Shown: positions 136,210-149,751, counted from the stretch's first letter. The stretch is DNA of 248,000 bases from Wallemia ichthyophaga EXF-994 (GCF_000400465.1 NW_008806281.1:20001-268000), one strand, 5' to 3'. Notes: generated from the letters alone by a model not told the origin. Numbers and translations are program-made.

Positions 136210-137280
136210 ATGGCTAGACGTTTCACTGTAAAAGTTCCAGCGACTTCTGCAAATCTAGCGTGTGGCTTTGATTGCCTGGGTGCCAGTTGGGAGGGTATTG
136301 ATTTACGTCTGAGCGTCTCTCACCAACCCTACCCCGCAACGAAACACACAACGCCTACAATCACCTACACAGGCGAGGGAGCTGGCGAGGTACCTCTGGA
136401 TCCATACAAGAATCTAACGACGCGCGTGTGCATATATGTGTTAAGATGCCACGACATAGGAGAATTCCCCGACGAGTTGGACATAAAAGTGCACAACGAA
136501 ATCCCCTTTGGACGCGGTCTGGGCAGTTCCGGTGCTGCGGTGGTAGCTGGGGTCTTATTAGCGGATGCGCTGGCTGATTTGCGTATGACGCCGTCGCGCC
136601 AGCTCGATTTCGCGCTAATGGTTGAGCGTCACCCCGACAACGTAGCTGCAGCGTTGATCGGCGGGTTCGTAGGGAGCTACCTGAAAACGTTACCAGCGGG
136701 GGCGCTCGACCCATCCAGCGTGCCCATGAGCGAGGTGCTACCCGAATACCCGCGCGACGCCAGCAAGGACTGGGGAAGCAAGCCTCCCGTCCCCCCGCAC
136801 GAGATCGGCCACTGGCTTCGTTATGGCTGGGCAGAGCAGATCAAGGCGCTTGTAGTCATCCCTCAATTTGAATTATCTACCGCCAAGGCTAGGGGGTGTC
136901 TACCGGAACTGTATGAGAGGGGAGATGTCGTTTTCAATTTACAGCGCCTCGCTGTACTTACTACAGCTCTCTCCATTAATCCACCGGACCCACATCTTAT
137001 TTGGGAAGCTATGCAGGACCGTCTCCACCAGCCGTACCGCGCTGAGTTGATACCAGGTCTACCGGAAATCACTAGATCTCTCACACCTTCAACCCACCCA
137101 GGTCTGCTTGGAATCTGCCTCTCAGGCGCTGGTCCAACTATACTCGCCCTGCACACACATAACGATGACGCCATTGCGCAGGGCATCTGCAGCATCTTTG
137201 CAAAGAACGGCGTGCAGTGCAGACTCGAAGTGAAGGGGATATCGCTTACGGGTTCTACGGTGAATTGGGAGTTAAAATAA
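136210..137280 (+). CDS. THR1: homoserine kinase
   Basis: VPATSANL..GFDCLG, PFGRGLGSSGAA, HPDN, SGAGPT. Confidence 0.96.
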   Translation: MARRFTVKVPATSANLACGFDCLGASWEGIDLRLSVSHQPYPATKHTTPTITYTGEGAGEVPLDPYKNLTTRVCIYVLRCHDIGEFPDELDIKVHNEIPFGRGLGSSGAAVVAGVLLADALADLRMTPSRQLDFALMVERHPDNVAAALIGGFVGSYLKTLPAGALDPSSVPMSEVLPEYPRDASKDWGSKPPVPPHEIGHWLRYGWAEQIKALVVIPQFELSTAKARGCLPELYERGDVVFNLQRLAVLTTALSINPPDPHLIWEAMQDRLHQPYRAELIPGLPEITRSLTPSTHPGLLGICLSGAGPTILALHTHNDDAIAQGICSIFAKNGVQCRLEVKGISLTGSTVNWELK

Positions 137281-137338
137281 TGCATTTCCTGTGTTTTATA
137301 TGTTTTATATCCTTTCTGCCTTTGTCTCTCGTACGACC

Positions 137339-138045
137339 ATGTCGAACACGGCCATCACATACACACAATACCACGACGAGCGGCAGCTTGCGAGTATCAT
137401 GGATCTCATCGACACGGAGCTCTCAGAGCCCTACATCAACATGACTTACCGGTATTTCGTGCATACGTGGTGCGTGGTGTGTGGGTGAGGGTGAAGCCAA
137501 GGCAGCTAACAGCGCGCGCGTGCGCACTACAGGCCACAGCTGACGTTTTTGGTGGGTGTGTTGGTTGAAAACATTGCAATTTGCTTATTCATTGTTTCTT
137601 TCATTGCTTGCTCAGGCTCATGACCACACCACGGCGCAATCTCAATCTCAATCACTTGCACAGAACTCCGCTCTCGCTGTTGGCGTCGTCGTATGTAAGC
137701 AGGAGAGACACAAGTCGGGGCTGATGCGCGGTTATATCGCTATGCTCTCAGTGCGTACGGATTATCGTAAACGCGGTATAGCCACGAAGCTCGTGAGGAT
137801 GGCGATAGACGCCATGATTAGCGGCGGTGCTGAGGAGGTGCGTGTGGAGCATGGATTGTAAAGTATAAGCAATCTAACACACGGCAGATTGTGCTCGAAA
137901 CTGAAGTGGATAATTCCACATCTATTGCATTTTACAAGAGACTTGGCTTTATGGCAGAGAAACGCCTTTATCGGTTCTACATGAACGGAAAAGACGCTTT
138001 TAGGCTTTGTTTACCGGTGGTGGAAGGGGAGGATAAGTATGGATA
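137339..138045 (+). CDS. MAK3: NatC catalytic subunit
   Basis: LSEPY..MTYRYF, RGYIAMLSV, RKRGIA. Confidence 0.92.
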
Positions 138046-138167
138046 GCCTGTGGCTTGTGGCTTGTGGCTTGTGGTATTTAGCATTTAGCAATTAGCAATT
138101 AGCATTTAGTAATCCATAGTCATCATTAGCATTAGAAATAGCCTCAGCCTCAGCCTCAGCATTGAAA

Positions 138168-138838
138168 TCAATCCAGCAAATCAAACTCAACATCCCCATC
138201 ACCGTCAAATGCTTGCATGTGTTGCTGCTCTTGTGCAGTGCTGTTGATTGGATGGTGGACCACTTTCTCAGCCTCCACCTCGCGACTCTCTCCCATTTCA
138301 AGCGTGAGCGTGTGTTCCTCGCCCTGAGCAAATAGGATACCACGACGCATGTTTGATTCGGTGGGGAAAGGCATATTGAATGGCTGCTGAGGGGCGTGGC
138401 TGTCGTTGGTGGTGAGAGACGGTGGAGCGTGGGTGAAAGCAGCCAACTTTTGAGCGTATTCGAGGAGAGTTTCGTGAGGTATTTTACTCTCCTCAGCCGC
138501 TCTCATCTGGGCCTTGTCTTTGTCACTGTCTTGTACAATTCTGCCCAAATCATTCTGTGATTGTTTGAGTGTGTGTAGTGAGTGCTGGATTGATTCTTCC
138601 AACTCGATGATATCCGTTTCCAGAGCAGCAATAATACCCTGTCGCAGCTGGTGCCCGCGCAGCTCCTCCAAATGCACCGACAGTGCGCTGTCCAGTTGTG
138701 AGAGCTGTGCCAACGCCCCCACACTAACTCTTCCGGGCTTCACTGGCTGGCTGGACAGACTGGCGAATAGAGCAGCGCTTATTCTGTCGATATCATTCAG
138801 CGTTTTTATTGCTTCTTGGTTCCCAACGCCCATCATCA
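138168..138838 (-). CDS. MED4: Mediator subunit 4-like
   Basis: LLEYAQKLAAFTHAPP, PFPTE..MRRG. Confidence 0.75.
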
Positions 138839-140628
138839 TGGACTTACTAGAGCAACCCGCACGGGTGAAGAATTCTTTCATCAAGACTGACGGTCTCCGT
138901 GCGTGGTATGACGAGAACGGCAATCCAGTTGAGCCGTTCATCATCGGCATAGCCGGGGGCAGTTCGAGCGGCAAGACGTACGTAGCGGGGTGAGTGTGGT
139001 GTCGCTATCACCGCTTCTGCCATACTCAACCAGCTTAGTGAAATCATAAAGCGTCTGCACAACGTACAATCCATAGCCATCATCTCCCAGGACAGTTTCT
139101 ACGGCGAGCGAACACCCGCTGAAATAGACTTGGCGTACAAGAACATGTACGATTTCGACTCACCCCAAGCTATCGATATGGAGCTATTCACTAACGTACT
139201 CAACGATATTAAGAAATGCAGGGCTGTCCAACTCCCAAACTACTCATTCAACACGCACTCCCGTCTCCCCCAATCCACCTACTTGTACGGTGCACGCGTC
139301 GTTATCGTTGAGGGGATCCTCGTTCTCACTGATCCCGCCTTGCGCGACTTTTTCGACATGAAGGTCTTCGTGCAATGCGACAGTGATGTCATGCTCGCGC
139401 GGCGCATCAAGCGCGATGTCGTCGAGAGGTGAGTGGGGGTGTGTAGCGTGTAGCGCGACCGACAGCTCACACCACCCAGATCGCGCGATGTCGACGGTGT
139501 GCTCAGCCAGTACCTCAAATGGGTCAAGCCGTCTTTTGTGAGTGTATACTGCCCACCTCACACCAACACTCTCTAACAACTACACAGGAAAATTTCGTGC
139601 TTCCCTCCTCCCGTCATGCTGATATCATAGTGCCTGGCGCAGCCAACAGTGTAGCGGTGGATCTGATAGTGACGCATCTCAAAACGCAGCTCACACAGCG
139701 CTCCCGATTCCTTCGCAAAACACTCTCCACCACTTCACCCCGCTGCTCCGACTTACCGCCTAACGTGCGCGTGATAGCGAGCACCCCGACACGTAACGCC
139801 CTCCTCACACTCCTCCGCGATCCTTGCACACCCCGCACGCAATTTGTCGATGCCGTCGACCGCCTAGCTGCAATGGTGGCTGGAGAGGTTTTGGCCTATC
139901 TCCCGCACGAGAAATGTGTGGTAGACACGCCCTTAGCGGTGAGTGAGGGGGTGCGAATGAATCTGAGTGAGGGTAGGCATCCTGATGCTAATGTTGATGC
140001 CAATGTTGATGCTAATGTTTCAACACCCGGCAATCTCTGCGCAGTGGCCATCCAGCGCTCCGGCTCACTCTTCAATCACGGCCTGCGGCGTATTTTCCCC
140101 GATGTAGAACTGGGCTCAATGTTGATCCAGCACGATACTGAACACGGTGAGCCGGCACTGTACCACCACAATCTGCCGCGTGCAGTGAAGCAGGCTGAGA
140201 CAGCGCGACACACTTGGGTGCTGCTGTCTGACTCCCAATGCGGCACTGGCGCTGCGGCTTACATGGCCATTCGGGTGTTGCTGGACCACGGCGTCCTCCA
140301 ACATCATATCATCTTCCTTACTTTCCTCGTCGCGAAACGCGGCGGCGTGCACGCTATTCATAGAGCCTTTCCCGGTATTCAAATCCTTACGGCCGCCGCT
140401 GACCCCGTGTTGCGCGAAGTCGAGGTGCCTATTAGCGGTAATGGTAGCGGGAAAGCTAACACATTCAACGAGGAGAATGACGCGCAGGAGAATGTGCAAA
140501 CTCACACTCACACACCCACTCACAGGCGCAAAAGCGTCGTTAGCTTGGAGGTCCCCGAACGCAAAAAGTACTGGCAGATCGTACCAGGGATGGGCAATGT
140601 GGGCGATAGGTATTATGGGACGGTGTGA
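138838..140628 (+). CDS. URK1: uridine kinase with UPRT domain
   Basis: IGIAGGSSSGKT, FDSPQA, VEGIL, PGMGNVGDRY. Confidence 0.92.
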
Positions 140629-140714
140629 GTGGGGTAAAGTGCAAAGTGGAAAGTAATGCAATGGATAGATATACAGATAATACATACATAGACAGATACA
140701 TACAGACACTACCG

Positions 140715-141893
140715 TCACGCATTCAAATGGTACACTTGCACACCCCCTTCACCACCCCGGACACTGTCGAAGCAAGTGGGGCACCAGAAAGAGACGAGTG
140801 CAGCACCCACTTTATCCTTGTAAGTGGTGAAATGTGCCTGTTTCTTATTGCAGATGTCGCACAAGTGTTTTGTGTGTGTTGGTGCTGCGCGTATGTACTT
140901 GTAACGCGGGACAACTTCCTTGGTGGCTTTCAACCTGACACTGGTAACTTGCAGGGTATGCTCACAGTTTCCGTTGTGGATGTATATACCTACGCCGCCT
141001 GTGCGGAGAGGAAGGCTGCTGATGGGGGTGTCTGTGGTGTTGTTTGTGGTTTTGGTGTTGGCGTTGCTATTGGTATCGGTATTGGTAATACTACTACTAC
141101 TACTACTACTAGTACTATCACTAGAATTACCACTACGATTGCTAACGCCACCAGCACTCCCAAAGACCTCCTCATACGCTGTAATACACCCTGCGCGCCC
141201 ATCCAAGTAAGCCACGCCGTCAAAGAGGATACATCCTGCTGGAGTGATGTTGGAGCAACAGCGAGCGCGTATGCGATCGATGACATGATTGAGAGGGGCG
141301 GCAGAAGGCAGGGCGAGTGAGCACAGTTTGTTTGTGTCTGGAGCGGGAGCGCCCACAAGCACATCCACAACCGCACACCGATAGTCCCAACCGCGCCCGC
141401 GTGCATTAATATCCGTGTTATCCGCCCCTTTCCCATCCACATCGGCGGCGGAAGCGGGGCGGATGTGGTGTGCGAGTGTGCGCGTATCGCAACCCTTCTG
141501 GATGTGGTCCAGACACCGTTGTGGGGGTGCGGTTATGATTGAGGGGAGGACGTTTAGCGCGTCTGCAGCTGCACCTTGATCTGTATCTGCATCGTTCCTG
141601 CGCCCACGCCTCCGCCTCAACGCGTATCTCTCGTTGTGGGTCTGGAGTGCGTGCACGAATCGCTTATCGCACAGCAGCCGTTCGTCGTCAGCGGTGATAG
141701 TGGCTGTGGAGCGCGTGAGGGAGTGTATGAGGGAGTGCGTTTGTGTGTTGGTGGTGTCCTCGTCGCCCTCGCCCTCGCCCTCGCCTTGGTTACTCTTACT
141801 CTCTTCCAGCCTTCTACAGCGATCTAGAAACGCCTGTAGATTGATAAGCGGGGAATTGCCACCGAAGCTGTTTGCCATTTCATTTGAATTCAT
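140715..141893 (-). CDS. SNAPc subunit 3 (SNAP50)-like protein
   Basis: IYIHNGNCEH; CDIC...SFWCPTCF. Confidence 0.7.
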   Translation of the reverse strand: MNSNEMANSFGGNSPLINLQAFLDRCRRLEESKSNQGEGEGEGDEDTTNTQTHSLIHSLTRSTATITADDERLLCDKRFVHALQTHNERYALRRRRGRRNDADTDQGAAADALNVLPSIITAPPQRCLDHIQKGCDTRTLAHHIRPASAADVDGKGADNTDINARGRGWDYRCAVVDVLVGAPAPDTNKLCSLALPSAAPLNHVIDRIRARCCSNITPAGCILFDGVAYLDGRAGCITAYEEVFGSAGGVSNRSGNSSDSTSSSSSSSITNTDTNSNANTKTTNNTTDTPISSLPLRTGGVGIYIHNGNCEHTLQVTSVRLKATKEVVPRYKYIRAAPTHTKHLCDICNKKQAHFTTYKDKVGAALVSFWCPTCFDSVRGGEGGVQVYHLNA

Positions 141894-141959
141894 TATTTGA
141901 TTGTCGCCGTTGTTGGCTTCAAACTATGACGTGGGTGTGTGCTGAAACGAGAAGACATG

Positions 141960-142524
141960 GACTGAAAAGGCAAACAGCGGGCAATTGAGATATGATTACT
142001 TCCAAACGAATGGGAGTTTAGAGGTTAGCGTATTTGCCAAAGGAGTGAGTCAGGATGGCTTAACAGTGGAGTTTAAGGAGAGAGAGCTGTTTGTAAACCT
142101 AAGTGACAACAGACAACTCCATCTAGCACCGCTATTATACCCTATTCAACCTTCAAAGTGCAGCTACACGTTAAAATCCATGAAAATTGAAATTGAGCTG
142201 GTTAAAGCGGTAGAAGGGGTCCATTGGAGTGGTTTAACACAGCCAGCAGACACACAGCCGCAACAACACCCTACAAATACAAAAGACTGGAATAAAATAG
142301 CTATAGAACAAGACAAAGAAGAAAAAGAAGATAAGAATCAAGACACAAACCCAGATGACTTTTTTAAGAAGCTTTTCGCCGGTGCAGACGACGACGTTCG
142401 CAAGGCAATGATGAAATCGTATCAGGAGAGTGGAGGTACGACGCTATCGACGAATTGGGATCAAGTGAAGAAGGGTGAGGTGAAGGGCACGCCGCCGGAA
142501 GGAATGGAGAGGAAGGACTACTAA
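141960..142524 (+). CDS. SGT1: Sgt1 co-chaperone (CS + SGS)
   Basis: RYDYFQT, KDWNK, AMMKSYQESGGTTLSTNW. Confidence 0.93.
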
Positions 142525-142535
142525 TGTAGTAGCTC

Positions 142536-142895
142536 TCACTCCTTGCCATACTCATGCAACCACTCCTGCGTACTCCAAATTGGTTTATTGGATTCACCAG
142601 TCAGGTGTGCTGCTTTCAGTGGCTTTGCGTAGTTGCATTTGATAACGTTGTTTGAAAGAATATTTAAATCCATATTGTCAATCGCAGTAGCAGCAGCAAT
142701 CTTGTCATCAAACTCAATAAAGCCATATCCCCTATGGGGCAGCTTTGAGAACTTCTCCTGAGGCGCTGGGAGTTGTATATCGAGGATATTGCCGAAGGAG
142801 TGAAAAGAAGCGTGTAAATCATCCTTATTGAGGGATTGGCTGATGTTGTTTACCCATACCGTCCTCTGTGACTTGTCTTTGATTGAAGAAGACAT
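142536..142895 (-). CDS. single-RRM protein (cyclophilin-E-like RRM)
   Basis: FHSFGNILDIQLP, HRGYGFIEF, AIDNMD. Confidence 0.8.
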   Translation of the reverse strand: MSSSIKDKSQRTVWVNNISQSLNKDDLHASFHSFGNILDIQLPAPQEKFSKLPHRGYGFIEFDDKIAAATAIDNMDLNILSNNVIKCNYAKPLKAAHLTGESNKPIWSTQEWLHEYGKE

Positions 142896-142938
142896 GATTG
142901 AGGCTAATCAACGTGTTCAAACGATTCGACGACGATAT

Positions 142939-144130
142939 GAATAGGATACATAGGCTACTAAAGCCAGTTAAGGTGGATTGGAATAACAAGCTCATTAATA
143001 TTCACTGGAATGACAACAAATCGTGTAACTTTCATAACTTATGGCTTAGAGACCACTCTAGGGACGCACACTCATTCCATCCAATCACAAAGCAGAGGTT
143101 GGTGGACACTTACGCCATTCCAGACTCAATACAGCCCATTGAAGTATCTCAATCAGACACCACGCTCTCTGTTCGTTGGAATGACAACTCAACGTGCAAG
143201 TACCCGTATCACTGGCTATATAATAATAGCTACTATCCCAAGCTTAGTGAGGTTAAGAGGGATATAAAACCAACCTGGAATGCCCAGCAGATACGCCAGA
143301 ACACTCCGACAACCCAGTACACCGACATTGTACACTCAGATAAAGGTATCTTAAACTGGCTCCAAAACATCCACACCCATGGAATTGGTTTTGTTGAAGG
143401 TGTACCATCCACTCCCGAACACACGGAACAGCTCACTCAACAAATCACTTTCATTCGCCAAACCCACTACGGAACTTTCTGGGACTTCACCTCCGACCTG
143501 AGCCACGGTGACACTGCATACACCGACATAGCACTCGGTGCACACACCGACACTACCTACTTCACTGACCCGATCGGTCTCCAATTATTCCACTTGCTAC
143601 AACCGGCGACAGTCCAAGGCGGTGATAGTCTCTTCATCGACGGCTTCCACTGCGCAAATATCCTCAAGCAGCTTGATCCACCCGCCTTCGACACACTCTC
143701 CACCACCCCTATCCCCTCTCACTCCGTTGGGAGCCAAGACGCCATCATTAAACCTGCACAGCAGTCTGGCTATCCTATAATCAACCTCGACAACATCACC
143801 GGCGAGCTACTCCAAATCCGCTACAACAATGACGACAGATCGGTGTTAAATGCGTTGTCTCCGAAACGCGTTGAGGATTTTTACAGGGCGTTAAAGATTT
143901 GGAATGGCATCCTCAACGACCCCCGCAATCAGTTCTGGCTCCCTCTTGAGAAAGGAAAGGTCGTCCTCTTCGATAATTGGAGAATCCTCCATGGTAGATC
144001 TGCCTTTAGCGGCAAGAGAAGATTATGTGGTGCGTATATCAACCATGACGACTATATGTCCAGACTGCGCACGCTTACTGAGAAACATTTCGATCATGAT
144101 TTAAGGAACGAGTACGGAACCCTGTTTTAG
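142939..144130 (+). CDS. trimethyllysine dioxygenase
   Basis: WLRDH, HTDTTYF, FDNWRILHGR. Confidence 0.92.
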
Positions 144131-144602
144131 GCGGTGTGAGGTGTAAAAATTATGATTGAATACATATGTTTTGCTTGGTGTTGAGTGTGTTTTGATACTA
144201 TTTGCTAACCCCTTAACCACCGCCACCACCAACATCCCCCTCTATGACGTATTCACGTGACTTTATGCTAGGGTGACTGCATGAACCCAATTTACGCAGG
144301 CTAAATTTAAAAGCTAAGCTGCTTTTTTCGTGTTAGAGTGTTTACGCGTGTGCATATATGACTAGTATGCTCCGCACACATATCCAAGACAGTTACTGTG
144401 TTACTCAGCTAAAGTAAAACACTCAACCTGTTTAACACATGCCGAACGAGGCTAAAATGAACTTACTATGAATAAAAAATCAAATTTTATAAACCTAATT
144501 TTGTTATTTCGTCCCTTACCGAATATTTCATTTCTGCCGTGAAGTTTGAAGCTTAACCAAGCGGGAAGGTAGAAGATACGAGAAAAAGCTCCAGTAGACA
144601 AA

Positions 144603-145362
144603 ATGAACAATGCAGACAGTCTCCTACACCAATCCAAAGAGCCACGACAATATCGTCTGAACATCCTCCAGCAGCCCCGCGTAGCTAGGATGTCTTCCTT
144701 TAGCGAGAAGAGGCCGGTTGATCCACCTGCGATTATTCAGCTAGAGGTGTATGATAGCGCGGGTAGACTAGATGAGGAGTAAATTGTGATTTAGAATTAC
144801 AAGTATCTTTATTCACACCGTTTACAGCGCGCTAAGATCGCCGTTCTGGGTACTACACGTTCTTCTCGCAGACAACGACACACTCCCCAAACCCCAGTCA
144901 CAGATATTGCAAGGCTCATTAACATCCTCTGCACACTACTGCCGTCTATCCAACCACGACACTGATGGCTATGGATGTTTTTTCTATTTCAGGTACGTCA
145001 TCAGATTATATCTAATCTAATCTCATTGAGGCACTTAACGTACTCCCAGCGACCTCACTCTCACTATGGAAGGCGCTTATCGTCTCAAATTCCTTCTCAC
145101 AACCGTCTGCTCTCAGGATAATTCCCCACAGCCTGTGCTGAGCCATGTCGTCACTAACCCGTTCACCGTGTACACTGCTAAGAAGTTTCCTGGTATGGCG
145201 CGTAAGTTGGGTTGTTTATCTGGCTTTCTCCTTTTAATTACCACACAGCTTCTTCTCATCTCGCTAAATCACTCGCGGCGCAAGGTGTCAAAATACCCAT
145301 CAGAAATGAAGAGCGAAAACGAAATCAGAACAGAGAAGAAGAGCTTAATTGATCAACCTTAG
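144603..145362 (+). CDS. short velvet-domain protein
   Basis: YRLNILQQP..AR...RPVDPPAIIQL; EGAYRLKF; VYTAKKFPGM. Confidence 0.85.
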
Positions 145363-145400
145363 GTTAATAAACAACACCACATGCATCCGTATCACTAAAT

Positions 145401-146806
145401 TCAACTCTTGCCGAAGAAGCTCGAAATAGAGCGCAGCGTGGACGGTTTATCGAATCCGCCGTCGTTAGAGGGGGCGTGTGAGTGGGCATGTGAGTTTAAT
145501 TGTGAGTGTGACTGTTGCGTTAGCGTTGGCGTCGTACTATCAGCATTCCTTGCGCTGCTCTGCTGTCTACCAAACAACCACGATGCATTTGTTTTGTGAG
145601 CAGTATCTGTAGGCGTAGGCACATCCTCATCTGTAGGCAGCGGCGGTAATTTCAACCCACTCGGCTTCTCCTCGCCGGAACTATCCATGAACTCACGCAA
145701 CGCCCGTAGCGCATTCTCACTCGATAACTTACCCTCCTTGATTACATCCACCTCCCGCCTCAGCCTCTGTATCTCGTTGGAAAGATTAGCGTTCTCCATT
145801 TGCACATTAGTCATATCCATCACCTGCGACGATCTGTTAGACGATGCGTTGCTCGACGGTTGTTGTGGGGCTGGTTGAGGGTTGAGGTGTAAGTCTTTGA
145901 GGGATTTTGTTGTGTTGCCATTACCATTGCCATTACCACTGATGCTTGCATTATCCGCTGATACGGACGACAATCTCTTGTGTGACTTGATCGAAGCTCT
146001 CTTCTGTGGTAAAAGGGTGTAAGAGGTATTTCTTTGTATTATAACATATCGACTCACCGAAAGATTGGCTGGCTCGCTTAGTATAAACGACGACCGCTTC
146101 GACTCCGTCTCCTGTCTCCTCCTACTCTTATCCTGCTCTTGCTGCTGCTGCAGTTTCATGACGCCATTCCTGCTCTCCTCAACCCGCGTACGCAATTGTA
146201 CTATTATCTCCTCTGCATCTACTCTTTGCTTCTTTTCTATTTCCAACTCCTGTGCAATTAATTCGCAATCTTCTTTGTATTTCTCGTTACTTGTCATTAG
146301 AGCTACGTTGTCCTCACGCACTTTAGCCAATTCTGAAAGTATCTTTTCTAGGTCGTGCTCTGTGTGCTCTGCTTTCTCTGCGTGCTCTATATCTCTCTCA
146401 GATTCAGGCGGCGTGCGCAGTCCTAGCACTGACATGCGTTTATCGAACTCGTCCACTGTCTTTGCTGGGGGTATGTCCTCCGCATCTTGCTCATTCTCAT
146501 TCCCATTCTCGTTCTCACCCACACCTCCGGTGGTATGATCCTCCATCTTTATGAAATCTTCTTCGGCGTCGTCCCATTTATCGAGCGATTTCGTTTGCGA
146601 TAAGGATAACGAAGGTGATAGCGGTGGTTCTAGGGTGTGTTGATGCTCCTGCTTGTGCTGGTGCGTCAAGGATTGGGTATCATTGGAATCCAGCGTATCC
146701 TGTGTATCCAGCGTATCCAGCGTATCCTGCGTATCCTTCGTATCCTGCATATTCTGAGTATCATTCTCATCAAATCCATACTTCTCCTCTCTTTCTCCCG
146801 ATTCTT
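145401..146806 (-). CDS. hypothetical coiled-coil protein
   Basis: 481-aa ORF. Confidence 0.55.
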
Positions 146807-146932
146807 GCATTTTACTTCTATTTGAGTGTGCGTGATGGAGAATCACAGCGCGTTTGGTTCAAAACTTCGAAAGCCATCAAAGCACGCCAGAAATCGAGGC
146901 AGCTGTCAGCACAAATCAACGCACTCAAATAA

Positions 146933-147263
146933 ATGCTCAGCTCCAACGCATTACTTAAAGCGTCTCAATCGTCCTCCTCGGCACACAGCAGCCCGTTGGC
147001 CACGATGAGCAAAGCCACAGCCACATGTGCACCTGTTGTGAGTTATGGCATGTGCTCATATAGACTGACCTACTAATCACTCATTCCCTCCAGGCTAAGG
147101 CTTATGGCGCTTGCGTTGCTTCTTCCTACGAGGACATTTCCAAAGGCGTCTGTTCAAGCGAATTTGAAGCCTTCAAAAACTGCGTCACTAACGCCGTGAG
147201 TGGGAGCATGATTCTCACTCTCCTCTCTTTCTAACCACCTCTCAGATGGGTAGGAAGTGGTAA
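146933..147263 (+). CDS. small twin-Cx9C protein (NDUFAF8-like)
   Basis: C...AKAYGACV...SKGVCSSEFEAFKNCV. Confidence 0.7.
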
Positions 147264-147346
147264 TCCTTTCTCTAACCTTTGCATCCATTGTATTCTAATC
147301 TTCTTTCTTCTTTCAAAATGTACATCTTCTCTTTACAACACTATTC

Positions 147347-149170
147347 TCATCTTCTTCCCGCCTTTGACGGTGTCTGGGTATGATGTGTTTTGCTGCTTCG
147401 CGGTGTGTCACTGATCATGATCTTTTTCATCATGGGCGTAAGCCCTGAGCGATCACCTGACAACAGAGACCGCGTTTTTCGTTCATCTGCCAGCGTCTCC
147501 TCGATTCTCCTCCTACGGTTATCGTTGCGCTGTGATGGCGTCATCTGCATTCTCGATGCGCTTGGTGTGTAAGTGCCCCTATTCTTGCTCATCCCACTGC
147601 CTGTCGGCGTCAGTGGCAATGGCTGTGTTTCTTTGCGACTCTTCGCAGGCGCTGTGCGCATCCCATCAATTATCGTCGTCCGTCTAGGTGGTGTCACGTT
147701 CCGACTCTTGCGCGCTGACATTGGTGCAGATAGCTGTTGGTGTTGTTTTGACTGTGGTTTCTTGAACAATTGCTCCTCACTCTCCTGGCGCAGTTTAATC
147801 GCTTTGACGCGTCGAGTGAGCTCATCATCCTCACTACTCTCACTACTTTCACTACTCTCGCTGGCTCTGCTTGCCAAGTTGAAATTAACCTTCTGTTTCG
147901 GTCTTGGTTTCCCTTTCCCCTTGTGGGATGAGCGCGAGGTGAGCGTCTTGCCTATATCTTTGTCGCTTTCCGATGGGTTGCTGTTACTGCTACTACTGCC
148001 ACTGCTACTGCTGCTCAGTGTCATGCTGCGCCTGTCACGCGGACGCATTCTTCTGTCTCTCTTCCTCTTCTCCCTCAGCGCTCTCTGCTTTGCACTGTCA
148101 TCTGTTAGCTCCTCTTCATCACTGCGCCCGTCCATCGCATATTTCTCTTCTTTGTATTTCCAGAAAGCGTCAAAACTGGTGTCGCCATTGTCGTCATTCG
148201 CAGTGCGATACTCGTTCTTCTTCACCGCAGCTGAGTTTTGGTCGTTGTCACTGTCACTGTCGCTTTCATTACTGCTGCTGTAGCTTTGCCAAGCGGATAG
148301 TCTGTCGTGTGGCAAACCCTCATCACTACCGTCCTCGTCCTCGCTCTCACTCGAAGACAATTCGATCGTCTTGATGTGCTTCGTTGCGCCTCTTACTACG
148401 CTGCCATCTGAGCTGGGAGATGTGTTTCCAATTGTATTCTGCGCCATGTTCCTCTGTACTGAAGATCTTCTACGTTTGCTGGTTGTCGATTGACCTGCAC
148501 GAGCTGTAAAGCGGTAATGTCAGAGTCAGAAGTCAAAAAAAGGAAGGAGTCAGTACTCACACCCACCCATACGCATACCCTTTCTCACGCCCGCATTCTC
148601 CTTGTCATCACTACCACTCAAATCATGCCATTCTGCATCGCTCTCTGAGAAATCAATCACCGTCGGCAAGCCCCTGCTTTTTCTATCGCGGTAGTAAGGT
148701 TCGTGATCGGCGTGTAGCTCCCGATCAGCGCGCAGAAACGCATCAAGATCTTCCTGGTCTCTTTGAGAGCGCTGCTGGTGTATTAGTGCCTGGTGCTGCT
148801 CGAGCAGCTCGCGTTCATGCTCGCTATCCTCGTCTGACGCTCCAGAGTCATCTGTCGCATCACCACCGTCTACACCACCGAATACGAGGTTAGAGTCAAG
148901 CCCGCGTATGTGACCGCGGTCCGAAATTAGCTCGCCTGTTAGTATATCCACTTCATCATCTTCTGCTGCATCTATGTTGCCGTATTTCAACGCTAGCATG
149001 TCCCACGTCTCGCCTAGTTTGAGATTAGAGATGTAGCGCTTGAATGTCACCGCGTCATCCCCGTTGTCCTTGTCGTCCCTGTTGTCACCCGCGTTGCCAT
149101 CGTCAGGTGTGAGATGCTGTGGGGGAATATAATCCTTTCCGTTAAATGGACGTGGAAAGTAGGAAGACAT
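147347..149170 (-). CDS. SCM3: Scm3/HJURP-like CENP-A chaperone
   Basis: KYGNID...DEVDILTGELISDRGH. Confidence 0.65.
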
Positions 149171-149254
149171 ATAAAAATATAAAATTAAGTCAATTTATAT
149201 CTCTCTTCAATATCACCTCAATGATGGTTGTCCTAAACGTCGAGAGCGCTGAAT

Positions 149255-149641
149255 ATGCCAGGCCCCTCCAGGAGAAGCAGGACAGGCGCGTCTAAAAGAG
149301 ATATCCACAGAGCATCGAGAACCAAAGCCCGCACTAAGGATCTCGACCAGGTCCAGCTACAAGATTTGCTGCCTGAGAATAAAGCAAAATTGGAGAACCA
149401 GCCTCTGGACGAAAGTTTGCCTGGATTAGGACAGCACTACTGCGTTGAATGCGCTAGATACTTTGAATCTGACGTCTCTCTGTCCGCGCACCAAAAGACA
149501 AAAGTTCACAGAAGACGTCTCAAGAATCTCAAGGAACCTGCTTACACCCAGGCTGAGGCAGACGCTGCTGTCGGTTTGGGCGTCGATAAAACTCAACGAA
149601 ACTCAACTAAGCCACAGTCGATTGAAGTTGATCACAATTAG
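149255..149641 (+). CDS. BUD20: pre-60S zinc finger protein (ZNF593)
   Basis: LPGLGQHYCVECARYF...H.KTKVH. Confidence 0.93.
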   Translation: MPGPSRRSRTGASKRDIHRASRTKARTKDLDQVQLQDLLPENKAKLENQPLDESLPGLGQHYCVECARYFESDVSLSAHQKTKVHRRRLKNLKEPAYTQAEADAAVGLGVDKTQRNSTKPQSIEVDHN

Positions 149642-149751
149642 CCACGGACCTTGTATCTATCACACAGATTTTATGTATCTATAGATTATTTATGCAAACA
149701 AGAATAAATTGAAAAAGCCCTTAAAAAGAATAATTTCGCCTTTACTCAAAC

